From: Candidatus Mcinerneyibacteriota bacterium
GTDB taxonomy: Bacteria; Macinerneyibacteriota; Macinerneyibacteria; Macinerneyibacteriales; DSCS01
Reading direction: 5' to 3'
Assembly (NCBI GenBank): GCA_016937175.1
Contig: JAFGWL010000056.1
Coordinates: 166,845-230,844 of the forward strand
Length of the DNA stretch: 64,000 nucleotides
Shown here: piece after piece, positions 46,168-55,624 of the stretch
Numbering within the stretch: position 1 is the stretch's first letter
Layout of the letters: each line of letters opens with the position of its first letter
Position numbers and translations under genes: made by a program
The notes under the pieces: generated by a model
Databases searched by the model: none
Seen by the model: only the letters and a program-made list of their open reading frames with translations
What the model was told of the DNA's origin: nothing

Positions 46168-46479
46168 ATGGAATTCAAAGATGTCACTGTCATCGCAAAA
46201 GCCAATATCTACGACCACGGAAAAGTCACCAGCCGGACCCTTCTCTTCCCCGACGGGACGAAGAAGACTCTGGGCATCATGATGCCTGGCCGCTACCATT
46301 TTAACACCTCTTCATCGGAGCTCATGGAGATCCTGGGCGGCACAGCCCGTGTTCTTGTCAAAGGAGAGAAAGACTGGACATCGGTCAGTGAGGGAAAATC
46401 CTTCTCCGTACCCGCAGATTCCCACTTCGATATCGAAGTCGTTGAACTTCTGGATTACTGCTGTTCCTATAACGTCTGA
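46168..46479 (+). CDS. ppnP: pyrimidine/purine nucleoside phosphorylase PpnP (DUF1255/YaiE)
   Basis: ORF 46153-46479; ATG at 46168 after AGGAGG. ~104 aa cupin-like protein. Confidence 0.65.
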   Translation: MEFKDVTVIAKANIYDHGKVTSRTLLFPDGTKKTLGIMMPGRYHFNTSSSELMEILGGTARVLVKGEKDWTSVSEGKSFSVPADSHFDIEVVELLDYCCSYNV

Positions 46480-46489
46480 GAGTGTAAGA

Positions 46490-46512
46490 GAGCGGGGCCT
46501 TCAGCCCCGCTC
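46490..46512. terminator. GC-rich hairpin between the convergent ppnP and OMP genes
   Basis: GAGCGGGGC-cttca-GCCCCGCTC; no clear U-tract on either strand, so terminator function is uncertain. Confidence 0.35.
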
Positions 46513-46515
46513 AGA

Positions 46516-47217
46516 TCATTGAGGCCTGAATCTCACAAGGGCGGAAAAGCGTACATACTGATCGTCGTAGACTTTTGTCCCATCCTCATATCCCAGGGTG
46601 GAATCGTAATAACCGCTTAACTCCAGGATGAAGGTATCGCTCAGTTCCCAGCCGATCCCTCCTCCAAACTCCCAGTAATCCTGATGGATCAGGTCATTCT
46701 CCTTGTCTGAAGCACGGATATACTCCCCCGAAGCTATGAGATAAGAGGTATAGCTCACAGGAAGCTTTGCCTTTATCCCTACGGGGAAAAGATTTGTCCC
46801 GGTCGAAGCAGCAAAACCTGCATTGAAAGAAAAAAGGGCCTGGTCATAGTCAAGAGTCCCCAGCAGGTCGAGACGATAGTAGTCCGCTTTGTTCTCACAG
46901 AAATAGTAGCCGCCCTGAAGAGCCAGAAGGGTCTGATAAAGGAGGACTTTCCCACCCATATGCCACTCATCCATCTTCCACCCCTGATCGGCAAACTCGT
47001 AAGCATCGACCCCTATCCGGGCCTGAAAAAACGAGGACGGGGCATAGTAAAGAGAGGCTCCGACCATATTCATATCGGAATCCTCATTCATGATGATCCC
47101 GATGGAAGCTTCCGCTCCCGTAAAAATTGAAGTATCTCTCACTGAGAAATCAAATCCCCGGACAGAAGCGACAAACGCAACCACAATTAGAAGGGTCATC
47201 CCGATCTTTTTCTTCAT
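46516..47217 (-). CDS. outer-membrane beta-barrel protein (hypothetical)
   Basis: ORF 46516-47277; likely start MKKKIGMTLLIVVAFVASV (signal peptide) at 47217 after AAAGGAG. Alternating hydrophobic beta-strand pattern rich in Tyr/Gly. Confidence 0.55.
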   Translation of the reverse strand: MKKKIGMTLLIVVAFVASVRGFDFSVRDTSIFTGAEASIGIIMNEDSDMNMVGASLYYAPSSFFQARIGVDAYEFADQGWKMDEWHMGGKVLLYQTLLALQGGYYFCENKADYYRLDLLGTLDYDQALFSFNAGFAASTGTNLFPVGIKAKLPVSYTSYLIASGEYIRASDKENDLIHQDYWEFGGGIGWELSDTFILELSGYYDSTLGYEDGTKVYDDQYVRFSALVRFRPQ

Positions 47218-47303
47218 AGAACTCAACTCCTTTATTTTCTGATAATCAATTTTAATGGAATCAAAGGTGTTTGACAATAAAAAAGCAAAACCAGCCGTCG
47301 TTA

Positions 47304-47331
47304 TTGCAAAGGGGAGGAGAAGCCCTATAAT
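47304..47331 (+). promoter_or_regulatory. sigma70-like promoter for the nitroreductase gene
   Basis: TTGCAA (47304-47309), 16-nt spacer, TATAAT (47326-47331); SD AAGGGAAGGA and ATG at 47355. Confidence 0.5.
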
Positions 47332-47354
47332 AGGGAAAAAGGGAAGGATAACAT

Positions 47355-48140
47355 ATGCGAAACGAAACAGTCAATCTTATGCTCAACCGAAAATCCATTC
47401 GCTCCTTTACAGAGCGCCAGCCGTCAGAAGTGGAGGTCGAAGTCCTCCTGGAAGCCGCCCGGCAGGCTCCCTTCGCTTATCAGGCCTATTCCATCCTCCT
47501 CCGGCGGGATAGATCGAAAAACCCCTTCCATGCTCCTCTCACCTTTATTTTTTGCGCCGATCTCTATAAGATCGAACGCATGATGGAAATAAGGGGTTGG
47601 AAAAGATCCATGAATGATATTTTTACCCTTCTCCTTGCTTTCCAGGATGCCGCTTATGCAGCCCAGAATATGGTCATCGCTGCAGAAAGCCTCAAAATGG
47701 GAAGCTGCTATATCGGGGGCGCGCCGTTGGCAGCTCCGTCTCTGCGAAAAGAGTTCGATCTTCCGCCGCTGGTCTTTCCCCTGGTGGGACTTGCTGTAGG
47801 TTACCCCGGCGAAAACCCTCCGGTGCGTCCACGCTTCCCCCGCTCTTTTACCGTGATCGAAGGGAAATATCCACGCTGGAGTGAAGAAGAGGTCTCTGCT
47901 GCCATGGAGGTCATGGATCAGGGATATCTTGACCAGGACTACTACCGTCAGGCGGGTTTTATGATCCCTTTAAAAGAGGGGATGGAAGAAAAGTATTCCT
48001 TTGACAACTATTCCTGGACGGAACATATCTCCCGTAAACTGGGGTTGTGGGAATCGTCTCCCGAGCGGATTGAAAAGCTCTTCAGGGAAAACGGCTTTTT
48101 GGGCGATGAGAAGGATCAGAAGACAGAGAGCCCGCTGTAG
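47355..48140 (+). CDS. nitroreductase-family protein
   Basis: 261 aa; nitroreductase N-terminus LNRKSIRSF, C-terminal extension. 25-nt convergent overlap with glsA. Confidence 0.7.
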   Translation: MRNETVNLMLNRKSIRSFTERQPSEVEVEVLLEAARQAPFAYQAYSILLRRDRSKNPFHAPLTFIFCADLYKIERMMEIRGWKRSMNDIFTLLLAFQDAAYAAQNMVIAAESLKMGSCYIGGAPLAAPSLRKEFDLPPLVFPLVGLAVGYPGENPPVRPRFPRSFTVIEGKYPRWSEEEVSAAMEVMDQGYLDQDYYRQAGFMIPLKEGMEEKYSFDNYSWTEHISRKLGLWESSPERIEKLFRENGFLGDEKDQKTESPL

Positions 48141-49030
48141 GTCGTGAAAAGGTCCAGGGCTTCTATTCCCCGGAGAGAATTGCCGCAGGCATTCAGCTCC
48201 GGGCCCCAGAGAGCCAGGGAAAAATGTCCCGGAAGGATGGAGACGATCCCCCCTCCGACTCCGCTTTTTGAAGGCAGCCCCACACGGTATGCGAATTCTC
48301 CTGATTCATTGTAGAGTCCGGAGGTCATCATGAGCGAATTGAGCCGCTTGGTCAGAGAGGAGGTCAGGACTTGTTCCCCCGTCACGGGATGACGCCCTCC
48401 GTCAGCGAGAAAAAGGAATGCCCGGGCCAGGCTGATACAATCCATTGTTATGGCACAATGGCTGAAGTAGAGTTTCAGCACATCGTCAACTCCATGGCGG
48501 ATATTTCCAAAACTCTTCATAAAATGAGCCAGAGCGGCGTTTCGGTCTCCCTTCTCCTCCTCAGACAACGCGACCTCTTCGTCAGAAATGATGGAGTCGG
48601 AGCCGGCCAGCTCTCTGATAAAGCCGAGGATCTCCTCTAAAGGCCGGGGTAAATGGTCAAGGAGGATATCCGTGATCACCAGCGCCCCTCCGTTGATAAA
48701 GGGATTCCTGGGAACCCCCTGTTCGACTTCCAGCTGGGCAAGAGAGTTGAAAGGATGTCCCGAAGGCTCCTTCCCCACACGTTTCCAGACTTGATCCCCT
48801 TCCTGCTTGAGAGCCAGAGCCAGGGTAAAGACTTTCGAAATACTCTGAATGGAAAAGGGCTTATCCACATCACCCGTGGTATAAAGACTGCCGTCCACTG
48901 TGGCCAGGGCTATCCCGAACCGCCCGGGATCCACCCTCCCCAGGGCGGGAATATAATCAGCTACCTTTCCCTTCCCCCGGAAAGCCTCTGTCTCATGACA
49001 GACCCGCTCCAACAGACCCTGATAATCCAT
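48116..49030 (-). CDS. glsA: glutaminase A
   Basis: 304 aa with the serine-dependent beta-lactamase-like glutaminase signature (YIPALGRV...SIQSISKVFTLALAL...GGVGGGI). Confidence 0.85.
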   Translation of the reverse strand: MDYQGLLERVCHETEAFRGKGKVADYIPALGRVDPGRFGIALATVDGSLYTTGDVDKPFSIQSISKVFTLALALKQEGDQVWKRVGKEPSGHPFNSLAQLEVEQGVPRNPFINGGALVITDILLDHLPRPLEEILGFIRELAGSDSIISDEEVALSEEEKGDRNAALAHFMKSFGNIRHGVDDVLKLYFSHCAITMDCISLARAFLFLADGGRHPVTGEQVLTSSLTKRLNSLMMTSGLYNESGEFAYRVGLPSKSGVGGGIVSILPGHFSLALWGPELNACGNSLRGIEALDLFTTYSGLSVF

Positions 49031-49036
49031 TCACAC

Positions 49037-49849
49037 CTACCCGCTGTATCCTGTGCCCCTGTTAAAGATCATCTCGCTCTTCCGCTCTCCGGCCAGGGCT
49101 CCTGCTTTCATCAGAGGGCTTCTGAGCACTTCCTTGAACCCCCGTCTTTCAGCATAGGCCAAGGCTTTCTCATTCTCCTCGGGGATAATGGCAAAGGCCT
49201 CTTTCTGGGCCCACATGGCTTCTAAAAGGAGTTCTCCCGCTTCAGCGTGGAGGGCTCCTATAGCCCCCGTCCCCAGGGCGGGAAGATAATATCCGGTGGC
49301 TCTTCCTTTCCTGTCATGGGTGATGCAGGCCCCCTCCATATACCGGGAAAGAAACTGTTGGCGCGTTTCTCCGGTGATGTAAGCATCCATCTCTCTGATA
49401 TGATCATGATCCTCGGGGCCGGCCTTCTTTACCTCCGGCGGGATCTTAAAGTCCCCTTTGTCGGCGGATAAAAAAATATAATAACCGTTTACCCGAAAAC
49501 CAAGGCGCTCATAGACCGGCTGTCCCATGGGAGTTGCAAAGAGACAAAACTGCTGACATCCCTGTCCGGCCAGAATGTCCATGCATTTCTTTGTCAGAGC
49601 TGTCCCGATACCCCGGTTACGAGAACTTTCCAGGACAGCTATATTTCCGAGCCAACCGCTTTCCCCGAAACAGAATGTGTTGGCATACCCCACAGGCTTC
49701 CCGTCAGATAGGGCGATAACAGCTTTGAAATAGCCGCTTTTGAAATGGAGGCTGAAAAGACTCTCCAGAGAGACCTGCCAGTTTTCCGGAAGAATCGGCT
49801 GGACATCTTTAATGCGGGGCTCCTGCAACACATCCAGTAAATAATTCAT
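49037..49849 (-). CDS. GNAT family N-acetyltransferase (two-lobed)
   Basis: 270 aa with the GNAT acetyl-CoA motif RNRGIGTAL. Confidence 0.65.
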   Translation of the reverse strand: MNYLLDVLQEPRIKDVQPILPENWQVSLESLFSLHFKSGYFKAVIALSDGKPVGYANTFCFGESGWLGNIAVLESSRNRGIGTALTKKCMDILAGQGCQQFCLFATPMGQPVYERLGFRVNGYYIFLSADKGDFKIPPEVKKAGPEDHDHIREMDAYITGETRQQFLSRYMEGACITHDRKGRATGYYLPALGTGAIGALHAEAGELLLEAMWAQKEAFAIIPEENEKALAYAERRGFKEVLRSPLMKAGALAGERKSEMIFNRGTGYSG

Positions 49850-49861
49850 TTTCCCTCCTCC

Positions 49862-50269
49862 TCACGGCCGAAAAGCAAAATAGACAGCCAGAATCAGGCA
49901 CAGAAAGGCCAAGGCATGATTCATCCTAAGCCCTCCCGTCTTGAAAAGAAAAGAGGCGATGACCATGAATACGGTCAGAGAGACAGCCTCCTGAAGCACC
50001 TTCAACTGAACCAGGCTAAAGGGCCCTCCGTTTTCAGAAAAACCGATCCTGTTAGCCGGAACTTGAAAAGAGTATTCGAACAGAGCGACACTCCAGCTCA
50101 GGACGATGACCGCCGTCAAACTGAGCTCAGAAAAGAAACGGATGCTTTTCAGCCTTAAATGACCATACCACGCCAATGTCATAAAGACATTGGAGACTGT
50201 GAGAAGAAGAAGGGTTGTAAGTGCTTTCTGTACCATATTATCTGCCAGAGCATAGCCTAAAGGAATCAA
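49862..50269 (-). CDS. DMT-superfamily small membrane protein (DUF486-like)
   Basis: 135 aa, 4 TM helices; true start may be MVQKAL at 50233. Confidence 0.55.
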   Translation of the reverse strand: MIPLGYALADNMVQKALTTLLLLTVSNVFMTLAWYGHLRLKSIRFFSELSLTAVIVLSWSVALFEYSFQVPANRIGFSENGGPFSLVQLKVLQEAVSLTVFMVIASFLFKTGGLRMNHALAFLCLILAVYFAFRP

Positions 50270-50289
50270 AAAGCAAGAAAATTTGTCAT

Positions 50290-51651
50290 TTATATCAAAG
50301 GGAAAGAGCGGTACCGCTGCAGGGTTTCCAGCCTCTCTTTTCTGTGATCTACCAGAGGAGGAGGGTATCCCTTTTTGTCAGAGAGAGGGTCATGAAGGAA
50401 CCCGGCGGAGACACCGTTCAATTCGGGGATCCATTTCCTGATATAATCGCCCCGGGGGTCGAATCTTTTTTGCTGGAGCCAGGGGTTCATGATCCTGAAG
50501 TAAGGGGCCGCGTCACACCCGGTAGAGGCCGCCCATTGCCAATTCCCGTTATTGACGCAGGGGTCGTAATCTGTCAGCTGTGCGGCAAAAGCGAGTTCCC
50601 CTTCTTTCCAATGAATATGAAGGTCTTTAATAAGAAACGAAGCAGCAACCATACGGACACGGTTATGCATATGACCTGTCTCATCGAGTTCGCGCATTCC
50701 GGCATCCACAAGGGGAAAGCCCGTCTCGCCGCGGCGCCACTTTTCAAAATTCTCTCCCGGCTCCTCCCAGGGGATATCTTCGTATCGCTTCTGAAAACTA
50801 CCCTGAAAGACATGGGGAAAATGAAAAGCAATATGGGTAAAGAAATCGCGCCACAGGAGTTCAGATAAAAACGTCTCTGCCTCCCCGAACTCTTTCAGAG
50901 CCCTGTGCCACACCTCACGCACCGACAACGTCCCGAACTTAAGGTGAGGGGAGAGACGGGATGTGGCGTCCTGAGCTGGAAAATCCCGTGAGGTCTTATA
51001 ATCATCCCGGTTCAGAAAGGCTTTGAATCTCTCCAGTCCCCTCCGACGGCCCCCTTCTTTAAGGGAGCTTCCTCCCAGTTCGCGCAGATGGGGCAGCGAA
51101 AGGTTTTCGGGAAAAGAGCGGGTTGAAAATGTCCCGCGGGTAAGTTTTTCCGGAGAAGGGATGTCCATCTGAAAAGCCCTCTTTTTAAAAGGTGTAAAGA
51201 CCCGGTAGGGCTCCCCGGAATGGGTCAGGAGTCCCTCCGGCGGGAAAAGGAGGCTCTGATGGATCAAATGGATCTCCGCCTGATGCTTCCGGCAGACTTC
51301 TGTCAGATTCTTTTCCCTTTCCCGTGCGAAGGGAGTATAGTCTTTCTGGCAGAAGAGGGCTTTGACCCCGTACTCCCTCAGAAGTCGGGAAAGGGTCTCT
51401 TCAGAACGCCCCCGGATGATGTTAAGGACCCCTCCTTTACCGGTGATGGCACGGGAGAGGTCTTCCAGCGATTCCAGCATGAATGAGAAGGCCCGGTTGC
51501 TGAAATATCTGTTCTCTTCCCCCTGGCGGGGATCCAGGATAAAAAGGGGAATGACTTCGCGGCACAAGCTCAACGCTTCATTCAAGGCCGGATTGTCTTC
51601 CACCCTCAGATCACGGGTAAAGAGGTATATTCCTTTTGATATCTTTTCCAT
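50290..51651 (-). CDS. deoxyribodipyrimidine photolyase / cryptochrome family FAD protein
   Basis: 453 aa with an N-terminal photolyase alpha/beta domain and the FAD-binding region (TGFPLVDAGMREL...GHMHNRVRMVAASFL...WQWAAS). Confidence 0.85.
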   Translation of the reverse strand: MEKISKGIYLFTRDLRVEDNPALNEALSLCREVIPLFILDPRQGEENRYFSNRAFSFMLESLEDLSRAITGKGGVLNIIRGRSEETLSRLLREYGVKALFCQKDYTPFAREREKNLTEVCRKHQAEIHLIHQSLLFPPEGLLTHSGEPYRVFTPFKKRAFQMDIPSPEKLTRGTFSTRSFPENLSLPHLRELGGSSLKEGGRRRGLERFKAFLNRDDYKTSRDFPAQDATSRLSPHLKFGTLSVREVWHRALKEFGEAETFLSELLWRDFFTHIAFHFPHVFQGSFQKRYEDIPWEEPGENFEKWRRGETGFPLVDAGMRELDETGHMHNRVRMVAASFLIKDLHIHWKEGELAFAAQLTDYDPCVNNGNWQWAASTGCDAAPYFRIMNPWLQQKRFDPRGDYIRKWIPELNGVSAGFLHDPLSDKKGYPPPLVDHRKERLETLQRYRSFPLI

Positions 51652-51743
51652 GGGATAAGCATAACCTATTTTTGACTGAGGGGAAAGGTTGTAAACAATT
51701 CAGCTTTATGGTGTGTCTCATAAAAAAGAACTTTTTGAAAGGA

Positions 51744-52742
51744 GTCGATATGTCCCGATTATTCTCTTTTCTGGCTCTCCTGGGCCTCATGGTTTCACCG
51801 GCATCCGCCTCTCAGTCCATCGACGCCCCTCTTCCTTCTCCGGAAAAGGCCCGTCTTCTTCTTCCGGGTATTCTGAGCACCGGGTTGTTCGAACGCGACT
51901 TTACCCTCTCCCCTGAAGGAGACGAGATCTATTTTACTGTGATGGGACGTTCTTTTTCCGTTATCCTGGTCACAAACAAGGTAAAAGGAAAATGGAGCAC
52001 CCCCCGGCCGGCCTCCTTTTCGGGCAAAAAAGAGTTTTTTGATGCCGAACCATGTCTCTCTCCGGGCGGAAAGAAGATCTACTTTCTCTCCACTCGCCCT
52101 TTGCCGGGAGACCCTCCTCATCCCGGATGGGGTTACGAGAATATCTGGATGGCCCATCGGACATCGGAAGGATGGAGTGACCCTGTCCCCCTGGGCCCGT
52201 CTGTGAATGACGGACGCAATGTCTTCTACCCGACGTTCACCGGCGAAGGCACCCTTTATTATACGGCATCTCCCCGCGGCGGAGAAAGAAAATCGGATCT
52301 TTTCAGGGCTTTCCCCGAAAAAGATGGATTCTCCGCAGGAGAGAAGCTCCCTGAGCCTCTGAATACATTTCCCCTTCAATTCAACAGTGCTGTCGATCCT
52401 CAAGGAGAATATCTTCTTTTTCTGGCTGCCGGAAGTGAAGCGAATCAAAATGCTTCGGATATCTGGGTCTCTTTCCTTTCGGAGGATGACCGGTGGAGCA
52501 AGCCTCTTAACCTTGGGAGCGCTGTCAATTTCCCCGGCGGCAACGCTCAGTCGGTCTCCATCACCCCGGACGGCCGTTTTATCGTCTTTGCCATGACCTA
52601 CGTAAATCCGGATCTTCTTCCGCCGGAGATCACTTATGAGTCTTTGCAAAAATCCATGACTTCCCCACAGAACGGCCTCTCGGATCTCTACTGGATCGAT
52701 GCCGGCCTTCTGAAAGGATTGAAAGCAAAAGCAGAGTGGTGA
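51744..52742 (+). CDS. secreted WD40-like (PD40/TolB-type) beta-propeller protein
   Basis: ORF 51636-52742; likely start MSRLFSFLALLGLMVSPASA (signal peptide) at 51744. Repeated PD40-like blades (SPEGDEIYF, SPGGKKIYF, TPDGRFIVF). Confidence 0.65.
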   Translation, partial: VDMSRLFSFLALLGLMVSPASASQSIDAPLPSPEKARLLLPGILSTGLFERDFTLSPEGDEIYFTVMGRSFSVILVTNKVKGKWSTPRPASFSGKKEFFDAEPCLSPGGKKIYFLSTRPLPGDPPHPGWGYENIWMAHRTSEGWSDPVPLGPSVNDGRNVFYPTFTGEGTLYYTASPRGGERKSDLFRAFPEKDGFSAGEKLPEPLNTFPLQFNSAVDPQGEYLLFLAAGSEANQNASDIWVSFLSEDDRWSKPLNLGSAVNFPGGNAQSVSITPDGRFIVFAMTYVNPDLLPPEITYESLQKSMTSPQNGLSDLYWIDAGLLKGLKAKAEW

Positions 52743-52750
52743 TAAGGGCC

Positions 52751-53191
52751 TTAACGGGAGATTTTTTTTATCTCTTCCTCAAGATACCCTGTAACAAACT
52801 CGATGACCAGGGGGCAGACCTCGTCAAAGAGGCCTGCTCTCCGGGCTTTCAGATATTCATCCGGATCACTCATGTCGATCCCCAGCAAGTCGCGGCAGCG
52901 CAGAGCCCCGAACCGGTTTCTGACCGCCTCCCCCAGAGACCTGACCCTTCCGTAGCACTTCTCCTTGTCCGACCCGAAAAGAACCCCCAGGATCATGACT
53001 CCTCCTGTAAAGGCTCCGCAGGCCTCCTGCAAGCGTCCCATGCCTCCCCCGAAACCGGCCCCCAGGGGAGCCAGATTTTGCGGATTAAACCCCAGCTCTT
53101 CTGCCCACGGCAGAATAACAGACTGACAGCAGTTAAACGGGCCACTGAATCTCTCCAGGGCTTCTTTTACTTTTCCGCTCCTTTTTTCCAT
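52751..53191 (-). CDS. C_GCAxxG_C_C family protein (putative redox-active)
   Basis: 146 aa with CCQSV...ACGAFTGG...C pattern; 59-nt overlap with the upstream CPBP gene. Confidence 0.65.
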   Translation of the reverse strand: MEKRSGKVKEALERFSGPFNCCQSVILPWAEELGFNPQNLAPLGAGFGGGMGRLQEACGAFTGGVMILGVLFGSDKEKCYGRVRSLGEAVRNRFGALRCRDLLGIDMSDPDEYLKARRAGLFDEVCPLVIEFVTGYLEEEIKKISR

Positions 53192-53987
53192 TCTTCTCCT
53201 TTATGGTATCTATGACGATGACAATTGTGACCACAACTGCTTCGATAACGGTCCTCCAGATCTTGGCTTCTTCAGGGATCACGAGAAGTTCTCCCCAGGT
53301 GTTGGCTGACCAATGGATCAATACGGCACCCAAAACAGAGCGCCGGTACCGGTCATAGAACCGGATCATAAGGATGGCATGAGGGAAAAATGCAACCACA
53401 TATGTCAGAAGATTGGCATATCCTGCAGCAGCTGCTCTCTGCTGATAGCTCCCCTCCATGAAAAAGAGGGGGAGATGCCAGAGAGCCCAAAACAAAGCGC
53501 TGATCACTGACATCTGCCAAAAGGAGACTTTCTCCCGAACCAGATCCGGGACATATCCCCGCCAGGCAGGTTCTTCAGTCAGGGGGCCGAATAAAAGCAT
53601 AAAGAGGAGAAAAGGGAGAAGCGAAACAGGGTTTTGTGCGAATAAGGAGATCTGTGTCAAATGGTTCGAGAACTCACCCCCCGTGTACAGCAAGAGAGCA
53701 ACCAGGTTGGATAACGGGAAGAGGAGGACGATGATAAGGTATCCTGAAACAGAAATACTTTTAAAATCGACACATCGTATTAAAAAGCGTTTTCTTTCCC
53801 TGTTCCCATCCAGGGAGATCAAGACTGTCAAAAGGGGCATCGCCCCGCCCAGGGCCAGAAAGAGTTTTCCCGTGATCGGTCTTGTTCCCGTCAAAACAGG
53901 GAGGATCCACCATACCCATGTAAGGAGGAATGACTTGAGATAGAAGCTGAGGGCCTTCTTCCAGACTTGCATTTCTACGGTCCTCAT
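53133..53987 (-). CDS. CPBP-family intramembrane metalloprotease (CAAX protease/Abi)
   Basis: 284 aa polytopic protein with motif 1 EEPAWRGY and motif 2 FWALWH. Confidence 0.75.
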   Translation of the reverse strand: MRTVEMQVWKKALSFYLKSFLLTWVWWILPVLTGTRPITGKLFLALGGAMPLLTVLISLDGNRERKRFLIRCVDFKSISVSGYLIIVLLFPLSNLVALLLYTGGEFSNHLTQISLFAQNPVSLLPFLLFMLLFGPLTEEPAWRGYVPDLVREKVSFWQMSVISALFWALWHLPLFFMEGSYQQRAAAAGYANLLTYVVAFFPHAILMIRFYDRYRRSVLGAVLIHWSANTWGELLVIPEEAKIWRTVIEAVVVTIVIVIDTIKEKNGKKERKSKRSPGEIQWPV

Positions 53988-53988
53988 C

Positions 53989-54534
53989 CTACCATTTTTC
54001 CCAGTGAAGGCGGCTTTCCTCCCACTTGTCTTTCGGAAGGATTTTCTCAGCAGGGTATCCCAGCGGGATCACATTAAGGGGAATGATCCTCTCGGGGAGA
54101 GAAAGGAGGGGACGGATCTTTCCGATACGTTCCTGGTCAGGATAGAGCCCTGTCCAAACAGCGCCCAGTCCCAGAGCTTCTGCTGCCAAAAGAATATTCT
54201 CCGTGGCGGCTGAACAGTCCTGAACCCAGAACTTCCGGGCGATCCCACTATCATCTCTTTCGGGATCTCCGCAGACGATGATGGCTGCCGCCGCCTCTCT
54301 CAGCATGGAAGCATTGGGGAGCCGTTCAGCCAATGAATCCAGGAGCCCGGCATCCGTCACAGCGATAAACTCCCAGGGACAGATGTTCACTGCAGACGGA
54401 GCGCTCATCCCAGCCTGGATAAGGAGTTTCAGTTTATCTTTTCCGACCTCCTTCCCATTCTGATAATGGCGTATGCTTTTCCGGTTGAAGATAAGGTTCA
54501 GATCATCCACCAAGCCTCCTTTCAATGGGGCCAT
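53989..54534 (-). CDS. NAD(P)H nitroreductase-family protein
   Basis: 181 aa with LIFNRKSIRHYQ and the conserved C-terminal nitroreductase fold. Confidence 0.75.
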   Translation of the reverse strand: MAPLKGGLVDDLNLIFNRKSIRHYQNGKEVGKDKLKLLIQAGMSAPSAVNICPWEFIAVTDAGLLDSLAERLPNASMLREAAAAIIVCGDPERDDSGIARKFWVQDCSAATENILLAAEALGLGAVWTGLYPDQERIGKIRPLLSLPERIIPLNVIPLGYPAEKILPKDKWEESRLHWEKW

Positions 54535-55469
54535 AAGAAGATCATATAGACGATATAGAGAGCAAGTAGAATCCCCCCCTCCGGACGGCTGAGCCTGAAT
54601 CCACTTTTGAAAAACGGGAGAGCCATACAGGATGTCATGACAAAAGCTCCCATATCAGTCCATGTGATCCCGTTTGCCGCCAGGGGGCGGACTGCACCCG
54701 CACCTCCCAGGACAGCTAGGATATTAAAGATATTCGACCCGATAATATTTCCCACAGAAATATCGGGCTCTTTTTTCAAAGCAGCCACGACAGATGTCGC
54801 AAGCTCTGGAAGGCTGGTCCCGGCCGCCACGATGGTCAGTCCGATGACAGCTTCACTCACACCAAAGTGCCTGGCCAGAGAGACACTTCCCAGGACAAGG
54901 AAATGAGCTCCCCCCACGAGCAGGCCCAACCCGCCTCCGATAAAAAGGATACAGAGCAGAGGAGTGCCGGTTTTCGGGCTGAGATAGTCTTTAAACTCAT
55001 CATTGAGAGGCTTTTCCTTTTTCTCCAAAGCAGGACGGATAGTCCACCCCGTATAGACGAGGAAGAAAAACAGAAAAGCCAGACTTTCTACCCTCGAAAG
55101 GACTCCATCTCTGAAAAAGAGGATCACTAGAAATGAAGCCAGGATCATAACCGGGACATCACGCCTGACAAGGCCCGACTGGACGCGCAGAGGATGTATC
55201 AGTGAAGCCAACCCCAGGATGACACAGAGATTGAAGATATTCGAACCCAGGACATTTCCCAGAGAGAGTGCGCTGTTACCGGAAAAAGAGGCCTTCAGGC
55301 TCACGATCATTTCCGGCATGCTTGTTCCGAAAGCGACGACAGTCAAGCCCACGATGAGGGGCGCGACCTTCATACTCAGTGCCAGTCGGGAACTCCCTTT
55401 GACGAGTAGATCGGCACCGAAATAGAGAAGGACAGTTGAAGCGAGGATGAGACCGACAGAAGAATACAT
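54522..55469 (-). CDS. calcium/sodium antiporter (CaCA family, YrbG-like)
   Basis: 315 aa with two alpha-repeats (GNVLGSNIFNL and GNIIGSNIFNIL). Confidence 0.85.
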   Translation of the reverse strand: MYSSVGLILASTVLLYFGADLLVKGSSRLALSMKVAPLIVGLTVVAFGTSMPEMIVSLKASFSGNSALSLGNVLGSNIFNLCVILGLASLIHPLRVQSGLVRRDVPVMILASFLVILFFRDGVLSRVESLAFLFFFLVYTGWTIRPALEKKEKPLNDEFKDYLSPKTGTPLLCILFIGGGLGLLVGGAHFLVLGSVSLARHFGVSEAVIGLTIVAAGTSLPELATSVVAALKKEPDISVGNIIGSNIFNILAVLGGAGAVRPLAANGITWTDMGAFVMTSCMALPFFKSGFRLSRPEGGILLALYIVYMIFLWPH

Positions 55470-55624
55470 CTTAATTAACCTCCTGACCCTTAATCTTAAG
55501 ATAAGTCATTCCGGGCCGGTGTCAAGATTTCTCTTGTCTGCTTGTCGCTTCAGATGAGCGCTCTGTCAGAATACCCTTGCCCCGTCCGACAGAGAGAGAT
55601 ACCCTGAGACAGAAAGGAGGAGAC

